Shown here piece by piece: positions 1-10,242 of a stretch of DNA of 64,000 nucleotides (positions are counted from its first letter, which is position 1; every line of letters begins with the position of its first letter). Under the pieces are notes generated by a model that saw only the letters and a list, made by a program, of their open reading frames with translations, made no database searches and was not told the origin of the DNA. Both the position numbers and the translations under genes were made by a program. This DNA comes from Candidatus Hydrogenedentota bacterium (GTDB lineage: Bacteria > Hydrogenedentota > Hydrogenedentia > Hydrogenedentales > SLHB01), in contig CAXXTH010000011.1 in assembly GCA_963668025.2 (NCBI GenBank), forward strand, positions 160,001 through 224,000, read 5' to 3'.

Positions 1-725
1 GGAGACGCTTAAAAAAACGAACTCAAGCCGCACTTGCGGAAATGCTGGGTGATACCGCCGAAGCAGGATGGCGAGTTCGTGGCGGCGATGGAAGACGTAC
101 TTGAAGTCTATAAGCGCGGCCGGAACCGAGAGTATCCGCTGGTGTGCATGGACGAACAACCGACGCAGCTCTTGAAGGAGACGCGAACGCCCTTGCCCGC
201 CGAACCTGGGGAACCGGCGAAACACGACTACGAATACGAGCGCAATGGCACAGCGGCGAACTTCATGTTCACCGCGCCATTGGAAAACTGGCGGCGGGTG
301 AGTGTGCGGGAGCGCAAGACGAAAATCGATTGGGCACAGGAAATCCGCCAGCTTGTCGATACGGATTTTCCCGAGGCGTCAAAGATCGTGCTGGTGATGG
401 ACAACCTGAACACGCACACGCCGGGGGCGCTATACGAGGCGTTTGCGCCGCAAGAGGCGCGCCGAATTCTGGAGCGGCGGGAGATTCATTACACGCCGAA
501 GCACGGGAGTTGGCTGAACATGGCGGAGATCGAGTTGAGCGTGTTCACGCGACAGTGCCTGGACCGGCGCATGCCGGATCTGGCGACGTTGCGTTCGGAG
601 GCGGTTGCGTGGAACGCGAGCCGGAACGATTCGGGGATAGGTGTGGATTGGCACTTCACAACCTCCAACGCCCGGGTAAAACTAAAACGGCTTTATCCCT
701 TAATTAAGGGCTGACAAGGTACTAG
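1..725 (+). mobile_element. IS630-family insertion sequence, right part (left end outside window)
   Basis: DDE transposase ORF ends just before ...CTGACAAGGTACTAG (711-725), an IS630-like end containing TA; composition drops to AT-rich after 725. Confidence 0.85.
34..714 (+). CDS. IS630-family transposase, catalytic OrfB part, joined to OrfA by a probable -1 frameshift at the A7C run (11-18)
   Basis: Motifs MDEQP, DYEYERNG, VMDNLNTH, YTPKHGSWLNMAEIE; frame 2 reads ETLKK and frame 1 continues NELKPHLRKCW. Confidence 0.92.
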   Translation: MRKCWVIPPKQDGEFVAAMEDVLEVYKRGRNREYPLVCMDEQPTQLLKETRTPLPAEPGEPAKHDYEYERNGTAANFMFTAPLENWRRVSVRERKTKIDWAQEIRQLVDTDFPEASKIVLVMDNLNTHTPGALYEAFAPQEARRILERREIHYTPKHGSWLNMAEIELSVFTRQCLDRRMPDLATLRSEAVAWNASRNDSGIGVDWHFTTSNARVKLKRLYPLIKG

Positions 726-873
726 AGTCTTTTAAAATTTGCCGTAGTGGTATATTTCTTCCTATTTTAATAATTGCCTGGCGTTCTGGAAATCTCATAT
801 AAGCTAGGCAAAACGCCTGATCTTCAAATGCTGATAAAACAAGCCACTACATGGTAGTCTCCCCCCAAAAGGG

Positions 874-1240
874 TGTCCCAAAGGGACAACCCATCACAGC
901 CCAGGGCCGACCGCCGCCCGAAGGGCAAGGGAGCCGCCCCTGGGTATAAGCACCCCCTAATTGTCCTGAAGGGACATCCCAAGAGTCATTCTTTTCACGC
1001 TATCAATGTGTTGTAGATCATCGCGGAGGCGTTGAGGACGCGGAGTTTCGCGGAGGAAATGTCTGCTTCGCGAAACTCCACGCCCTTGCGTTAAAGAAGC
1101 TCCGCCGCTAGATACATCCAGGTAGCAATTGGGTGAAATGGCTCGCTTTTTGGGCGCCCTTTCCGGGCACATGGTAGCTTGCTCCCAGGGGCTCCCTTGC
1201 CCTTCGAACGGCGGTCGGTGCGGGATGTCCCTTCGGGACA
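874..1240. repeat. REP/REPIN-like inverted-repeat cluster
   Basis: 907-944 (ccgaccgccgcccgaagggcaagggagccgcccctggg) is an imperfect inverted copy of 1184-1218; hairpin TGTCCY-NAA-GGGACA at 874-888 and 962-980, and inverted at 1222-1240. Confidence 0.75.
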
Positions 1241-1328
1241 CGCTTACATTACCGGCATGATTCAACATATACACCCGCACGATTCGGCATATACAAAAAT
1301 CAAATGAAATAAAATGAACCAGTAGCGC

Positions 1329-2633
1329 TCAAAGCCGTAGATTCACACCTGCTTTCGAGAGCAGCTTCACCAGCCCAATGAGCAGCAACGCGAGCACCAG
1401 CGACCGTGTGATCCCCACGTAGCCCGCATTCAAATGCTCCTGTAAAAAATCTATACCCAAAACCAATAACAGCGAATAGAAGAGATGCGGCATGAAATAA
1501 GCCAGAAGTGGCTGCCGTCCCGCAGGCATGGCGAAACGCGCCCATGCCGAACGCCCCTTCAGATCGACCAGCCAGTATAGAAAGGCAAACACCGCCACAC
1601 AGATGGCTGATGACAGCAAACACCACGCGGGGGTCTCCGCCAATTTCGATATGCCATAGGGCGGGCGCAGCAAAATACCCGCAACAAAAAGCGCCAGCGC
1701 AAACCCCAGCAGCCAGCGTATCCGCTCCCGCGCTGGCCGCGTTTTCCAATCACTCATAAATAACATGCCCGCCACCGCGCCCGCCGCCGTAATGGAGCCC
1801 AATCCCCCGAGTATGCCTCCAGTGGAAAAATAGGGCCGGATCGGCTCGAGAAACGGCAGCGCCCCTGTCCGCTCCGCGATGTTAAGCACCGTAAGCAGCG
1901 CAACCACCCCAACCATCGCGGCATGGTCCCGATGCAAGAACAGATATGCAAGCGACACCACGAAATACGCCATGCCGATCACCGTAAGGATGCCCCACCA
2001 GCTCGTGCGCATCCACGTAACCCCATCGCCATCCGTTCCCCGGTAGATCACCGCTAATGCCAAGAGCATTAGCACACCTAAAAAACGCAATCCCATGAAT
2101 AACGCCGGTGTGCGGCCATCCCGCTTCGGATACCGGTTCCATACAAGGATAGCACTGACGAAAAACAATAGCTCCCACAAGCCAGGACTAATGGGCATGG
2201 CGCTCGGATGAAAACGATACGTATTCACCATGCCAAGCCCAATAATGATCAGGCCCAAACTGCGGATCAACACATGCAACACCGCCTTGGGAATCGAGCC
2301 GCCCTGCTGAAGACGCTTCTGAAACGCCAACGGGATGCATAAACCCACGCTGAATAAAAACGCAGGCATGATCACATCCACAAATGTCATCGCATCCACA
2401 TTTCCAGGCGCGTGTTCCATCCATACCGGCACTCCGGATACATGTCCCAAGTCCGGATCATTCATATCATTGACGAATAACATCAAAAACATCGTCAGGC
2501 CACGGAACACATCAATGGACCCCACTCGATCTCGATCGGCTTTTTCTGCGGCATTTTCCACGTTCAATGGCACGACACTCACACCTCCCCCAATGTTTTC
2601 GCTGGAAACGAGTATCCTATCTATTCCTTTCAT
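1329..2633 (-). CDS. DUF5009 / heparan-alpha-glucosaminide N-acetyltransferase-like (NagX-like) membrane protein
   Basis: RVGSIDVFRGLTMFLMLFVN, TFVDVIMPAFLF, WWGIL, ISKLAETP; many TM segments. Confidence 0.8.
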   Translation of the reverse strand: MKGIDRILVSSENIGGGVSVVPLNVENAAEKADRDRVGSIDVFRGLTMFLMLFVNDMNDPDLGHVSGVPVWMEHAPGNVDAMTFVDVIMPAFLFSVGLCIPLAFQKRLQQGGSIPKAVLHVLIRSLGLIIIGLGMVNTYRFHPSAMPISPGLWELLFFVSAILVWNRYPKRDGRTPALFMGLRFLGVLMLLALAVIYRGTDGDGVTWMRTSWWGILTVIGMAYFVVSLAYLFLHRDHAAMVGVVALLTVLNIAERTGALPFLEPIRPYFSTGGILGGLGSITAAGAVAGMLFMSDWKTRPARERIRWLLGFALALFVAGILLRPPYGISKLAETPAWCLLSSAICVAVFAFLYWLVDLKGRSAWARFAMPAGRQPLLAYFMPHLFYSLLLVLGIDFLQEHLNAGYVGITRSLVLALLLIGLVKLLSKAGVNLRL

Positions 2634-2781
2634 TTTTCAAATGAGGCCGTTTCAGTTGGCTAAAACGTTATAAGCATATTATACACAGTAACATGTCATA
2701 TATTATCATATTAATTACTATATATATATTATAATTAATAGTTTATTGTTATGTTTTAACAAAATATAAAGATTATAGATT

Positions 2782-2900
2782 ACCCTACCGCTTTAGTTTT
2801 TAGTGTATTTAGTGTATTTCGTGGTCCAAAATCCGGCCCTTTGGTTGCTGCTACGCCGCGCCGTGTTCATTCGCGTCTATTAGCGTCTATTCGCGGTTCA
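2782..2900. repeat. Dispersed intergenic repeat, same family as 37696-37800
   Basis: accctac-gcttta..ttttagtgtaWttagtgtatttcgtggt..aaaatccgg..c.ttggttgc.gct is shared with 37696-37770. Confidence 0.75.
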
Positions 2901-3059
2901 AAAATCGGTCCAATGCTTTTACTCCGGATGGCTAAAGTGTGACCATTTACAAAAAATGGACATCTGGCCCACTGTGGGCTACAGTAGATGCCGTGGTTGG
3001 CGCATGTATACGGATAGGCGGGCCATCGCGGCCCGGTTCTAGCGGGAAAGGGCATAAGC

Positions 3060-4262
3060 ATGAAACCCTTAAAGATTGCGCTAGCGGGTATCGGCGGTTT
3101 TGGGGCCGTGCATGTATCAGCGGTGCGGCAGCTCGAAGCGGACGGGCTGGCTAAGGCCATTGCTTTTGCCGAGCCTAACGCCAATGCGGATGGGGCTTCA
3201 AAGCTTCAAGCACAAGGCTTGCGCGCATACACGGATTATTTCCAAATGCTCGCCCAAGAACCGGAGCTTGACCTCGTATGCATCGCCACGCCAATTCACT
3301 GGCATTATCCCATGGCGATGGCGGCCTTCGAGCGGGGCCTTCACGTATTTCTCGAAAAGCCCCCCGTGGTCCGCATACAAGACTTGCGCCATCTCATCAC
3401 CCTCGCGGAGCAGCATGGATGTTTTTGCGCCATCGGCTTCCACGATATCGCGCGCGCCAACATCATCACGCTCAAACACCGGTTGTGCGGAGGCGCATTG
3501 GGCCGCATTTCATCCGTGCATGCCCACTGTTGCTGGCAGCGTGACAGCGCCTACTACAGCCGCTCCAACTGGTCCGGCAAGACGCGGTTTGACGGTGCGC
3601 TGATTCTCGACGGCCCCATGAACAATTCTTGCTCCCATGTGCTCAACATGGCGGCATATCTAGCGGGTTCCGAACCGTATGAATTCGCGAGGCCGGTGCA
3701 AGTCCAGGCCGAATTATACCGGGCGGGAAACATCGAAGGTGAAGACACCAATTGCCTGCGCGCCTCCATGGAAAACGGTGCGGAATTGTGCATTCACTTA
3801 ACCCAATGCGCTTCTGAAAACCATGCCCGCAAATGGACGGTTATGGGCGAATTGGGCATGGCCGAATTCCGTGATGGCGGTTATATCCGCCTGCTGGACG
3901 AAGAATTGCCTTGCGCCGAACAAGATAACCTGAGCTGTCTACTGCTCCGCCGCCTGGTGGAAGTCGTGCAGGGAAGCGATGAGCCTTTGCTGATGCCTTT
4001 GGCCGAATCGGAGGCCTTTGTGCTGTTATCCAACGGCGCGTACGAATCCGCCCGGCGCATTGTTCCTGTTCCCCGGGAATTCGTCGCTGAGGTCCAAACG
4101 CCCACTGGCGTGGCATGGGTGATTCCTGGCGTGGACAGCTTGATGGCGAAAGCCGCCTCCAACGGGCAATTATTATCGGAATGCGGAATCCCATGGGCCC
4201 TGGCCACGGAGCCGTTTGACCTGCAAAGCTATGAAGTTTTTCCCACCCGCTGGTCGGGTTGA
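3060..4262 (+). CDS. Gfo/Idh/MocA-family oxidoreductase
   Basis: GIGGFG Rossmann motif, IATPIHWH, HVFLEKP. Confidence 0.9.
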   Translation: MKPLKIALAGIGGFGAVHVSAVRQLEADGLAKAIAFAEPNANADGASKLQAQGLRAYTDYFQMLAQEPELDLVCIATPIHWHYPMAMAAFERGLHVFLEKPPVVRIQDLRHLITLAEQHGCFCAIGFHDIARANIITLKHRLCGGALGRISSVHAHCCWQRDSAYYSRSNWSGKTRFDGALILDGPMNNSCSHVLNMAAYLAGSEPYEFARPVQVQAELYRAGNIEGEDTNCLRASMENGAELCIHLTQCASENHARKWTVMGELGMAEFRDGGYIRLLDEELPCAEQDNLSCLLLRRLVEVVQGSDEPLLMPLAESEAFVLLSNGAYESARRIVPVPREFVAEVQTPTGVAWVIPGVDSLMAKAASNGQLLSECGIPWALATEPFDLQSYEVFPTRWSG

Positions 4263-4792
4263 ACCGTTGCAGCCGGCCCGCCAGGGCCATATTTGCGCCT
4301 CCGATAATAGATTATGCCTCGTTTCATCAGCAAATATCCGAGCGCCGCGCCAAAAAGCCCTAACACCAAGCTACCCAATAGCATTTCCACAATGACATCG
4401 GACAATATGCCCCAGTATGTGCTCATGACGCCATCCCATCCCCCCGTTGCATGAATGGCTTGGCGGATGAGAGGCTCTATCGGATGGGCCTTGCTTCCCA
4501 TCAAAAATGCGCCTATGCCATACGCCATGGTGCTGATAGGTATAAAGGTCAGCGGATTATTGATCCACATGCACGCAAGGGCGGCGGGTATATTCGCGCC
4601 CAGCAACGGCGCTAACGCCAGCACAAGAATCGTGTGCAATCCATATGCCGGTGAAATCCCGACAAACAATCCCAGGGCGCAGCCCAGCGCAATACCATGC
4701 GGCGTGTCATGGACACCAAGAATGGAATCAAAAAAGAACTGACGAATGCTCCGCCCACGAGTCAGGCGTAAATAATTCATGGGCTGCCTCAT
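4229..4792 (-). CDS. DUF2062-domain membrane protein
   Basis: DTPHGIALGCALGLFVGISP...WINNPLT; start at 4792 or 4780. Confidence 0.8.
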   Translation of the reverse strand: MRQPMNYLRLTRGRSIRQFFFDSILGVHDTPHGIALGCALGLFVGISPAYGLHTILVLALAPLLGANIPAALACMWINNPLTFIPISTMAYGIGAFLMGSKAHPIEPLIRQAIHATGGWDGVMSTYWGILSDVIVEMLLGSLVLGLFGAALGYLLMKRGIIYYRRRKYGPGGPAATVQPDQRVGKTS

Positions 4793-5231
4793 TGTTATAC
4801 CGTCTGGCCGCCAACATAGGCCGTATGCACAAGATGATACAACATGATGAGGCAAGATGCACCTTCTTCCCGTTTGTGCGTTTAGGCCCTCCAAAAAATG
4901 GAGCAGGCAAGCCAAAACAAGGAAATGCCCGTGAAATACACCTAAGAGAACAAGAAAGCGGTAGTAGCAAGCTATCGCTCCATATGCGCTCTAAGTCTTT
5001 TTGTGAAACTACTTGGAGTGCGGCAGCTCGCTGCCGCTTTGGGGTGCGGATTTCTTTTGTATATCCATTTTCGGTTTTATGGCGATGTAGATTCACACGG
5101 AGGAACATTTTTGGAAGGCCCTGTTTGGAAACGCCTCCCGCATCCAGTATACAATTGCCCTTTCGCCCGCGCACGGTATTTTAACGGAATTGCGCTGGCG
5201 GCAAATGAGTTAAGCACCTACAGGAGGATAT

Positions 5232-6056
5232 ATGAGCCAAAACCTATTACAAGGAAAACGCGGCCTCGTGTTTGGCGTGGCCAATGAGAAATCCATCGCA
5301 TGGGCCTGCGCGCAAGCATGCGCCGCCCAAGGCGCGGAACTGGCCTTCAGCTATGTGGGAGAACCTCTTGAAAAACGCGTACGAAAGCTGTTGGAATCCG
5401 ACATGCCGGACGCCTCCATGTTTCCTTGCGACGTGTCCAAAGACGCGGACATCACGGCGTTTTTCGAGGCTGTTCATGCCAAATGGGATTCCATCGATTT
5501 CGTGATTCACTCTGTCGCTTTTACCCATCGGGAGGATTTGAGCAATCCTTTTGTCGCGACTCCGCGCTCCCATTTCGCACTTGCCCTGGATATCTCGGCC
5601 TATTCGCTTGTGGCCATCGCACGCGAGGCCGCGAAGCTCATGTCCAGCGGCGGCAGCATCATGACCATGACGTATTATGGTTCCGAGAAGGTCATCCCAA
5701 ACTACAACGTCATGGGCGTGGCGAAGGCCGCCCTCGAGGCCTCGGCGCGCTATCTCGCGGCGGATCTTGGCCCCAGCGGCATCCGGGTGAATTGCATTAG
5801 CGCCGGGCCCGTCCGCACCTTAGCCGCATCCGCCATCGCTGGGATGCGCGACATGCTGGATGTGACCGAACAATGCGCGCCGCTTCGGCGCAATGTGCAT
5901 CTCGATGATGTGGCGGGAACCGCCGTGTATTTGGCGTCAAGCCTTTCGGCGGGAGTCACTGGCGAAGTGCTGCATGTGGACTGCGGCTACAATGTCCTTG
6001 GCATGTATGCCGTCATGCCCGAACGCAGAACACAAGGCGCGGAAACAGGCGAATAA
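5232..6056 (+). CDS. fabI: Enoyl-ACP reductase (NADH)
   Basis: GVANEKSIAW, YNVMGVAKAALE (Y-x6-K), ISAGPVRTLAAS; AGGAGG RBS. Confidence 0.95.
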   Translation: MSQNLLQGKRGLVFGVANEKSIAWACAQACAAQGAELAFSYVGEPLEKRVRKLLESDMPDASMFPCDVSKDADITAFFEAVHAKWDSIDFVIHSVAFTHREDLSNPFVATPRSHFALALDISAYSLVAIAREAAKLMSSGGSIMTMTYYGSEKVIPNYNVMGVAKAALEASARYLAADLGPSGIRVNCISAGPVRTLAASAIAGMRDMLDVTEQCAPLRRNVHLDDVAGTAVYLASSLSAGVTGEVLHVDCGYNVLGMYAVMPERRTQGAETGE

Positions 6057-6096
6057 CGCCAGGGGGGTTTCCGCGCTCAGCCGCATGAACTTGAAA

Positions 6097-6128
6097 CGGC
6101 GGCTTGCCAGGCCTCTGGCAAGCCGCCG
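6097..6128. terminator. Hairpin between convergent genes, probable bidirectional terminator
   Basis: cggcggcttgccag-gcct-ctggcaagccgccg, perfect 14-bp stem. Confidence 0.65.
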
Positions 6129-6160
6129 CGCGGCAATCAGACGATAAAAATGGCGCAAAA

Positions 6161-7045
6161 CTACGCTACCGGATTGCGCAACGCGCCGATCTGCGGGATC
6201 GCCACCTCGACCACATCTCCAGGATGGATAGGCGAAATGCCTTCCGGCGTGCCCGTAGCAATAACATCGCCAGGCGCAAGCGTCATATAGCGCGTAATAA
6301 AAGCGATCAACGCGGGAATATTGTATAGAAACATCCGCGTATTGCTCTTTTGGCGGGTCTGGCCGTTCACCTTCACCTCGATATCAACTTCCACCGGCCA
6401 CGGCATTTCATCGGGCAGCGCCACTACCGGCCCCATGGGGCAAAACGTATCGAAACTCTTCGAGCGAAACCAAGGCCACCCTCTGGCTATATCCGCCTTT
6501 TGCAGATCGCGCGCCGTCACATCGTTCACCAGCGTATATCCCGCGATATACTCTTGCGCTTCTTCGGGCAACACATCCTTCGCGTTCCGGCCAATGATCA
6601 CGCCCAATTCGCCCTCATGGTCCACGCGCCCATCTTCCGGGCGCACCAAAATCGGCTCGCCATCAGCGATGCACGCCGTCGTGGCCTTCGAGAAGATAAT
6701 CGGCTCCTCGGGCGGCGTAGCGCCGGTTTCTTTCGCGTGGGCGGCGTAATTCCGTCCTATGCACACGATCTTGCCGGGCCTCAACGGCAACAAGAATTGG
6801 CTGGGCGGCGCATCGAGCGCATGCGCTTCTAGCGAACCGCCAAGAGCATCCACAACGCTATTCAAAAAAACCGGGGCGGCCCAGCCTTCCGACAGCAAGG
6901 ATTCGACTGAAGTGACCGGCGGGCGGCCTGTTTCTCCCTTCAGTGTTTGCCAAGCTCCTAATGCAGAAGTCAGATTATACCACCGGCTGGCCGTTTCCAG
7001 CCCCAAAAACACGCCGTTATTGCCTGATATGACTCCGAGTTTCAT
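6161..7045 (-). CDS. Fumarylacetoacetate hydrolase family protein
   Basis: KIVCIGRNYAAHA, VDHEGEL, NDVTARDLQ, KSFDTF, GDVIATGTPEG. Confidence 0.92.
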   Translation of the reverse strand: MKLGVISGNNGVFLGLETASRWYNLTSALGAWQTLKGETGRPPVTSVESLLSEGWAAPVFLNSVVDALGGSLEAHALDAPPSQFLLPLRPGKIVCIGRNYAAHAKETGATPPEEPIIFSKATTACIADGEPILVRPEDGRVDHEGELGVIIGRNAKDVLPEEAQEYIAGYTLVNDVTARDLQKADIARGWPWFRSKSFDTFCPMGPVVALPDEMPWPVEVDIEVKVNGQTRQKSNTRMFLYNIPALIAFITRYMTLAPGDVIATGTPEGISPIHPGDVVEVAIPQIGALRNPVA

Positions 7046-7273
7046 GCAATTGCCTCCTTATGGTTTATACGGCGCGAGTATACCAAACCCAAGCCTAAAA
7101 TCCATATGGCTATTCCGCTTAAAAGCATCTTTTTTTATCCTGCCCAAATACGAACCTCTTTCTCTTTTTGGTGTCAAATAGTATGATCTACCGGAACACC
7201 AAGTTCACTGCGCATGCCCCGAAAGGCTAAAGCGGCGTTCCCTGGCATACGCGTACGGGAAGGAGCGTTACAT

Positions 7274-8686
7274 ATGTGCAGGCATGTAATTGCGGCGGCG
7301 GTATTGGTGTTGGCCATAACGGCCGGAGCCCAGCCGCCTGTACTCGAAACCACCATTGGCCAGCAAACTGATATCGCCGTGACGGCCTACAACAACGGCA
7401 TTGCCCTGGTGCGCGATATACGCACGCTGCAAATGCCCACGGGCGAACTCGAACTCAAGTTCTCGGATGTGGCCCAGCAGATTCGCCCGGAGACCGTCGG
7501 CCTGCGTTCGCTGGCCCAGGAAGGCTCCGTGGGTATTCTTGAACAGAACTATGAGTATGATCTCATCAGCCCGGACAAGCTGATGGAAAAGTATGTGGGC
7601 AAACAAGTCACGTTGAAGAATTTTAGTACGGAAATCAACATGGACTCCGTGCAAGCGGAATTGCTCAGTGTCAATGGCGGTCCCGTTTACAAAGCCGCCG
7701 ATGGGCAAATCTATATCGGCCACCCCGGCCAGGTGGTGTTGCCTGCCATTCCCGATAATCTCATCTCCAAGCCATCGTTGATTTGGCAATTAAACAACGG
7801 CGTCCCCGCACAGACCCTCGAAGCCACCTATTTGACAAACGGCATCTCGTGGAACGCCGACTACGTCCTCACCTTAGCCAAGATCGACGCCTCTCTCGAC
7901 ATCGCCGGTTGGGTGACGCTCAACAACCAAAGCGGCGCGACTTACACCAACGCCCAGCTCAAGCTCGTGGCGGGACAAGTCAATATCGCCCCTCCTATGA
8001 ACGAAAAAGGCTTGAGTAATGTATCTTTAGGAGCTGCAATAAGAATTCGTGCCGACATGCCGCGCGAGGAAGCCTTCGCCGAATACCACCTCTACACCAT
8101 CCCGCGCCGCACGACCATCAAGGAGAACCAATCCAAGCAAGTGGCGCTCCTGAGCGGCGCGGGCGTGGCTTGTGGCAAACGCTACGAATACCGGGGCCAG
8201 GAGTATTTCTACTCCCAGCAGATACCGCCCATGCCCGAAGAAAAAGTCGATGTCTTCCTCGAATTTCAGAACAAGGAAGACAATCATCTAGGCATTCCGC
8301 TGCCCGAGGGCGTGATGCGGATCTACCAGGAAGACAGCGACGGCATGCTCCAGTTCGCGGGCGAGGACCGCATCAAACATACACCCAAAGACGAAAAGGT
8401 GAAACTCCGCATGGGCAAGGCCTTTGATGTCGTGGCGGAGCGCGTCCAGACGGACTACAAGGTCATCGCGCCGAATGTGTGGGAATCGGCCTACGCCATC
8501 ACGCTGCGAAATCATAAGGAAAGCGACATCTCGGTGGATGTGGTGGAGCCCATGCCCGGCGATTGGCGTATCTTCGAGAATTCCCAAGACTTCGTGAAAA
8601 AAGACGCCCGCACGGCCGTGTTCACGGTATCCGTGCCCAAGGATGGAGAAGTCAAAGTCGCATACCGTGTGCAAGTAACGCAATAA
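7274..8686 (+). CDS. Secreted DUF4139-domain protein, paralog 1
   Basis: Signal peptide ending AGA-Q; VTAYNNGIALVRD, EQNYEYDL, YLTNGISWNADY, PLPEGVMRIY; AAGGAG RBS. Confidence 0.85.
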   Translation: MCRHVIAAAVLVLAITAGAQPPVLETTIGQQTDIAVTAYNNGIALVRDIRTLQMPTGELELKFSDVAQQIRPETVGLRSLAQEGSVGILEQNYEYDLISPDKLMEKYVGKQVTLKNFSTEINMDSVQAELLSVNGGPVYKAADGQIYIGHPGQVVLPAIPDNLISKPSLIWQLNNGVPAQTLEATYLTNGISWNADYVLTLAKIDASLDIAGWVTLNNQSGATYTNAQLKLVAGQVNIAPPMNEKGLSNVSLGAAIRIRADMPREEAFAEYHLYTIPRRTTIKENQSKQVALLSGAGVACGKRYEYRGQEYFYSQQIPPMPEEKVDVFLEFQNKEDNHLGIPLPEGVMRIYQEDSDGMLQFAGEDRIKHTPKDEKVKLRMGKAFDVVAERVQTDYKVIAPNVWESAYAITLRNHKESDISVDVVEPMPGDWRIFENSQDFVKKDARTAVFTVSVPKDGEVKVAYRVQVTQ

Positions 8687-8741
8687 ACGATATCTAGGGT
8701 CCACGAGTTTAAAAATACGCAACTATGAAGGAGTTAGGGAA

Positions 8742-10232
8742 ATGATGAAGTATATGCTTGCAGCAATAGTATCGGCGTTGGGCATTTCGGCGTTGGCCCA
8801 GCCTCCGACACTAGAAACGACTATCGGTCAGCAGACGGATATCGCCGTGACGGCCTACAACAACGGCATCGCCCTCGTGCGGGATGTACGGACCCTTCAA
8901 ATGCCCACGGGGGAACTCCAACTGAAATTCTCGGACGTGGCCCAGCAGATTCGCCCTGAGACCGTCGGCCTGCGTTCCCTAGCCCAGGAAGGTTCCGTGG
9001 GTATTCTCGAACAGAACTACGAGTACGACCTGATCAGCCCAGAGAAACTGATGGAAAAGTATGTAGGTAAACAAGTCACGTTGAAGAACTTCAGCACGGA
9101 GGTCAATATGGACTCCATGCAGGCCGAACTGCTCAGCGTCAACGGCGGGCCGGTCTACAAAGGCGCGGATGGGCAAATATACATCGGGCACCCTGGCCAG
9201 GTCGTTTTGCCTGCCATTCCCGATAACCTTATCTCCAAGCCATCGTTAATCTGGCAGTTGAACAACGCCGCCGCCGCGCAGACCCTTGAAGCCACCTACC
9301 TGACCAACGGCGTCTCGTGGAGCGCCGATTACGTGCTCACCTTGGCCAAAACAGACGCCTCGCTCGATATCGCCGGGTGGGTGACGCTCAACAACCAAAG
9401 CGGCGCAACCTACAAAAACGCCCAGCTCAAGCTCGTGGCGGGCCAAGTCAATGTAGCTCCGCAGGTGGAAGCAGCAAGAGATATGGGAATGGTAGGCATG
9501 GGAGGCGGTATGGCTATGGCCGCGCCGATGCCGAAAGAAGAGGCTTTTGCGGAATACCATCTCTACACGATCCCGCGCCGCACGACCATCAAGGAGAACC
9601 AATCCAAGCAAGTGGCGCTCTTGAGCGGAGCAGGCGTGGCCTGCGGCAAACGCTATGAATACCGGGGCCAGGAGTATTTCTACTCCCAGCAGATTCCGCC
9701 CATGCCCGAAGAAAAAGTCGATGTTTTCCTCGAATTCCAGAACAAGGAAGACAATCATCTGGGCATCCCACTGCCCGAAGGCGTGATGCGGATTTACCAG
9801 GAGGACAGTGACGGCATGCTCCAGTTCGCGGGCGAGGACCGTATTAAGCATACGCCCAAGGACGAAAAAGTGAAGCTCCGCATGGGCCAAGCCTTCGATG
9901 TGGTGGCGGAGCGCGTCCAGACGGACTATAAAGTCATCGCACCGAATGTGTGGGAATCGGCCTACGCCATCACGTTGCGCAACCACAAGGAAAGCGATGT
10001 TACGGTGGACGTGGTGGAGCCCATGCCCGGCGACTGGCGCATCATCGAGAAATCCCAAGATTTCGTGAAGAAAGACGCCCGCACCGCCATATTCACTGTG
10101 CTTGTCCCAAAAGATGGGGAAGTAAAGATCACCTATCGCGTGCAGGTATCCACCGCGAATGCATTTCCAATGCCAGTAGACGCATCAGGCTCCATGGATA
10201 TGAGTGTATCTGAAGCTCCGGCGATTAACTAA
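8742..10232 (+). CDS. Secreted DUF4139-domain protein, paralog 2 (tandem duplicate)
   Basis: Nearly identical to 7274-8686 apart from the signal peptide, a central ~25-aa segment and a C-terminal tail. Confidence 0.85.
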   Translation: MMKYMLAAIVSALGISALAQPPTLETTIGQQTDIAVTAYNNGIALVRDVRTLQMPTGELQLKFSDVAQQIRPETVGLRSLAQEGSVGILEQNYEYDLISPEKLMEKYVGKQVTLKNFSTEVNMDSMQAELLSVNGGPVYKGADGQIYIGHPGQVVLPAIPDNLISKPSLIWQLNNAAAAQTLEATYLTNGVSWSADYVLTLAKTDASLDIAGWVTLNNQSGATYKNAQLKLVAGQVNVAPQVEAARDMGMVGMGGGMAMAAPMPKEEAFAEYHLYTIPRRTTIKENQSKQVALLSGAGVACGKRYEYRGQEYFYSQQIPPMPEEKVDVFLEFQNKEDNHLGIPLPEGVMRIYQEDSDGMLQFAGEDRIKHTPKDEKVKLRMGQAFDVVAERVQTDYKVIAPNVWESAYAITLRNHKESDVTVDVVEPMPGDWRIIEKSQDFVKKDARTAIFTVLVPKDGEVKITYRVQVSTANAFPMPVDASGSMDMSVSEAPAIN

Positions 10233-10242
10233 AAACCGCTTC

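Noticed and set aside
957-1280. 107-aa ORF
   Set aside because: Runs through the inverted-repeat cluster and has no protein-like features
7274-10232. Diversity-generating retroelement explaining the DUF4139 (or DUF1559) paralog variation
   Set aside because: No reverse transcriptase in the window; differences are mostly synonymous changes or block replacements, not adenine-specific
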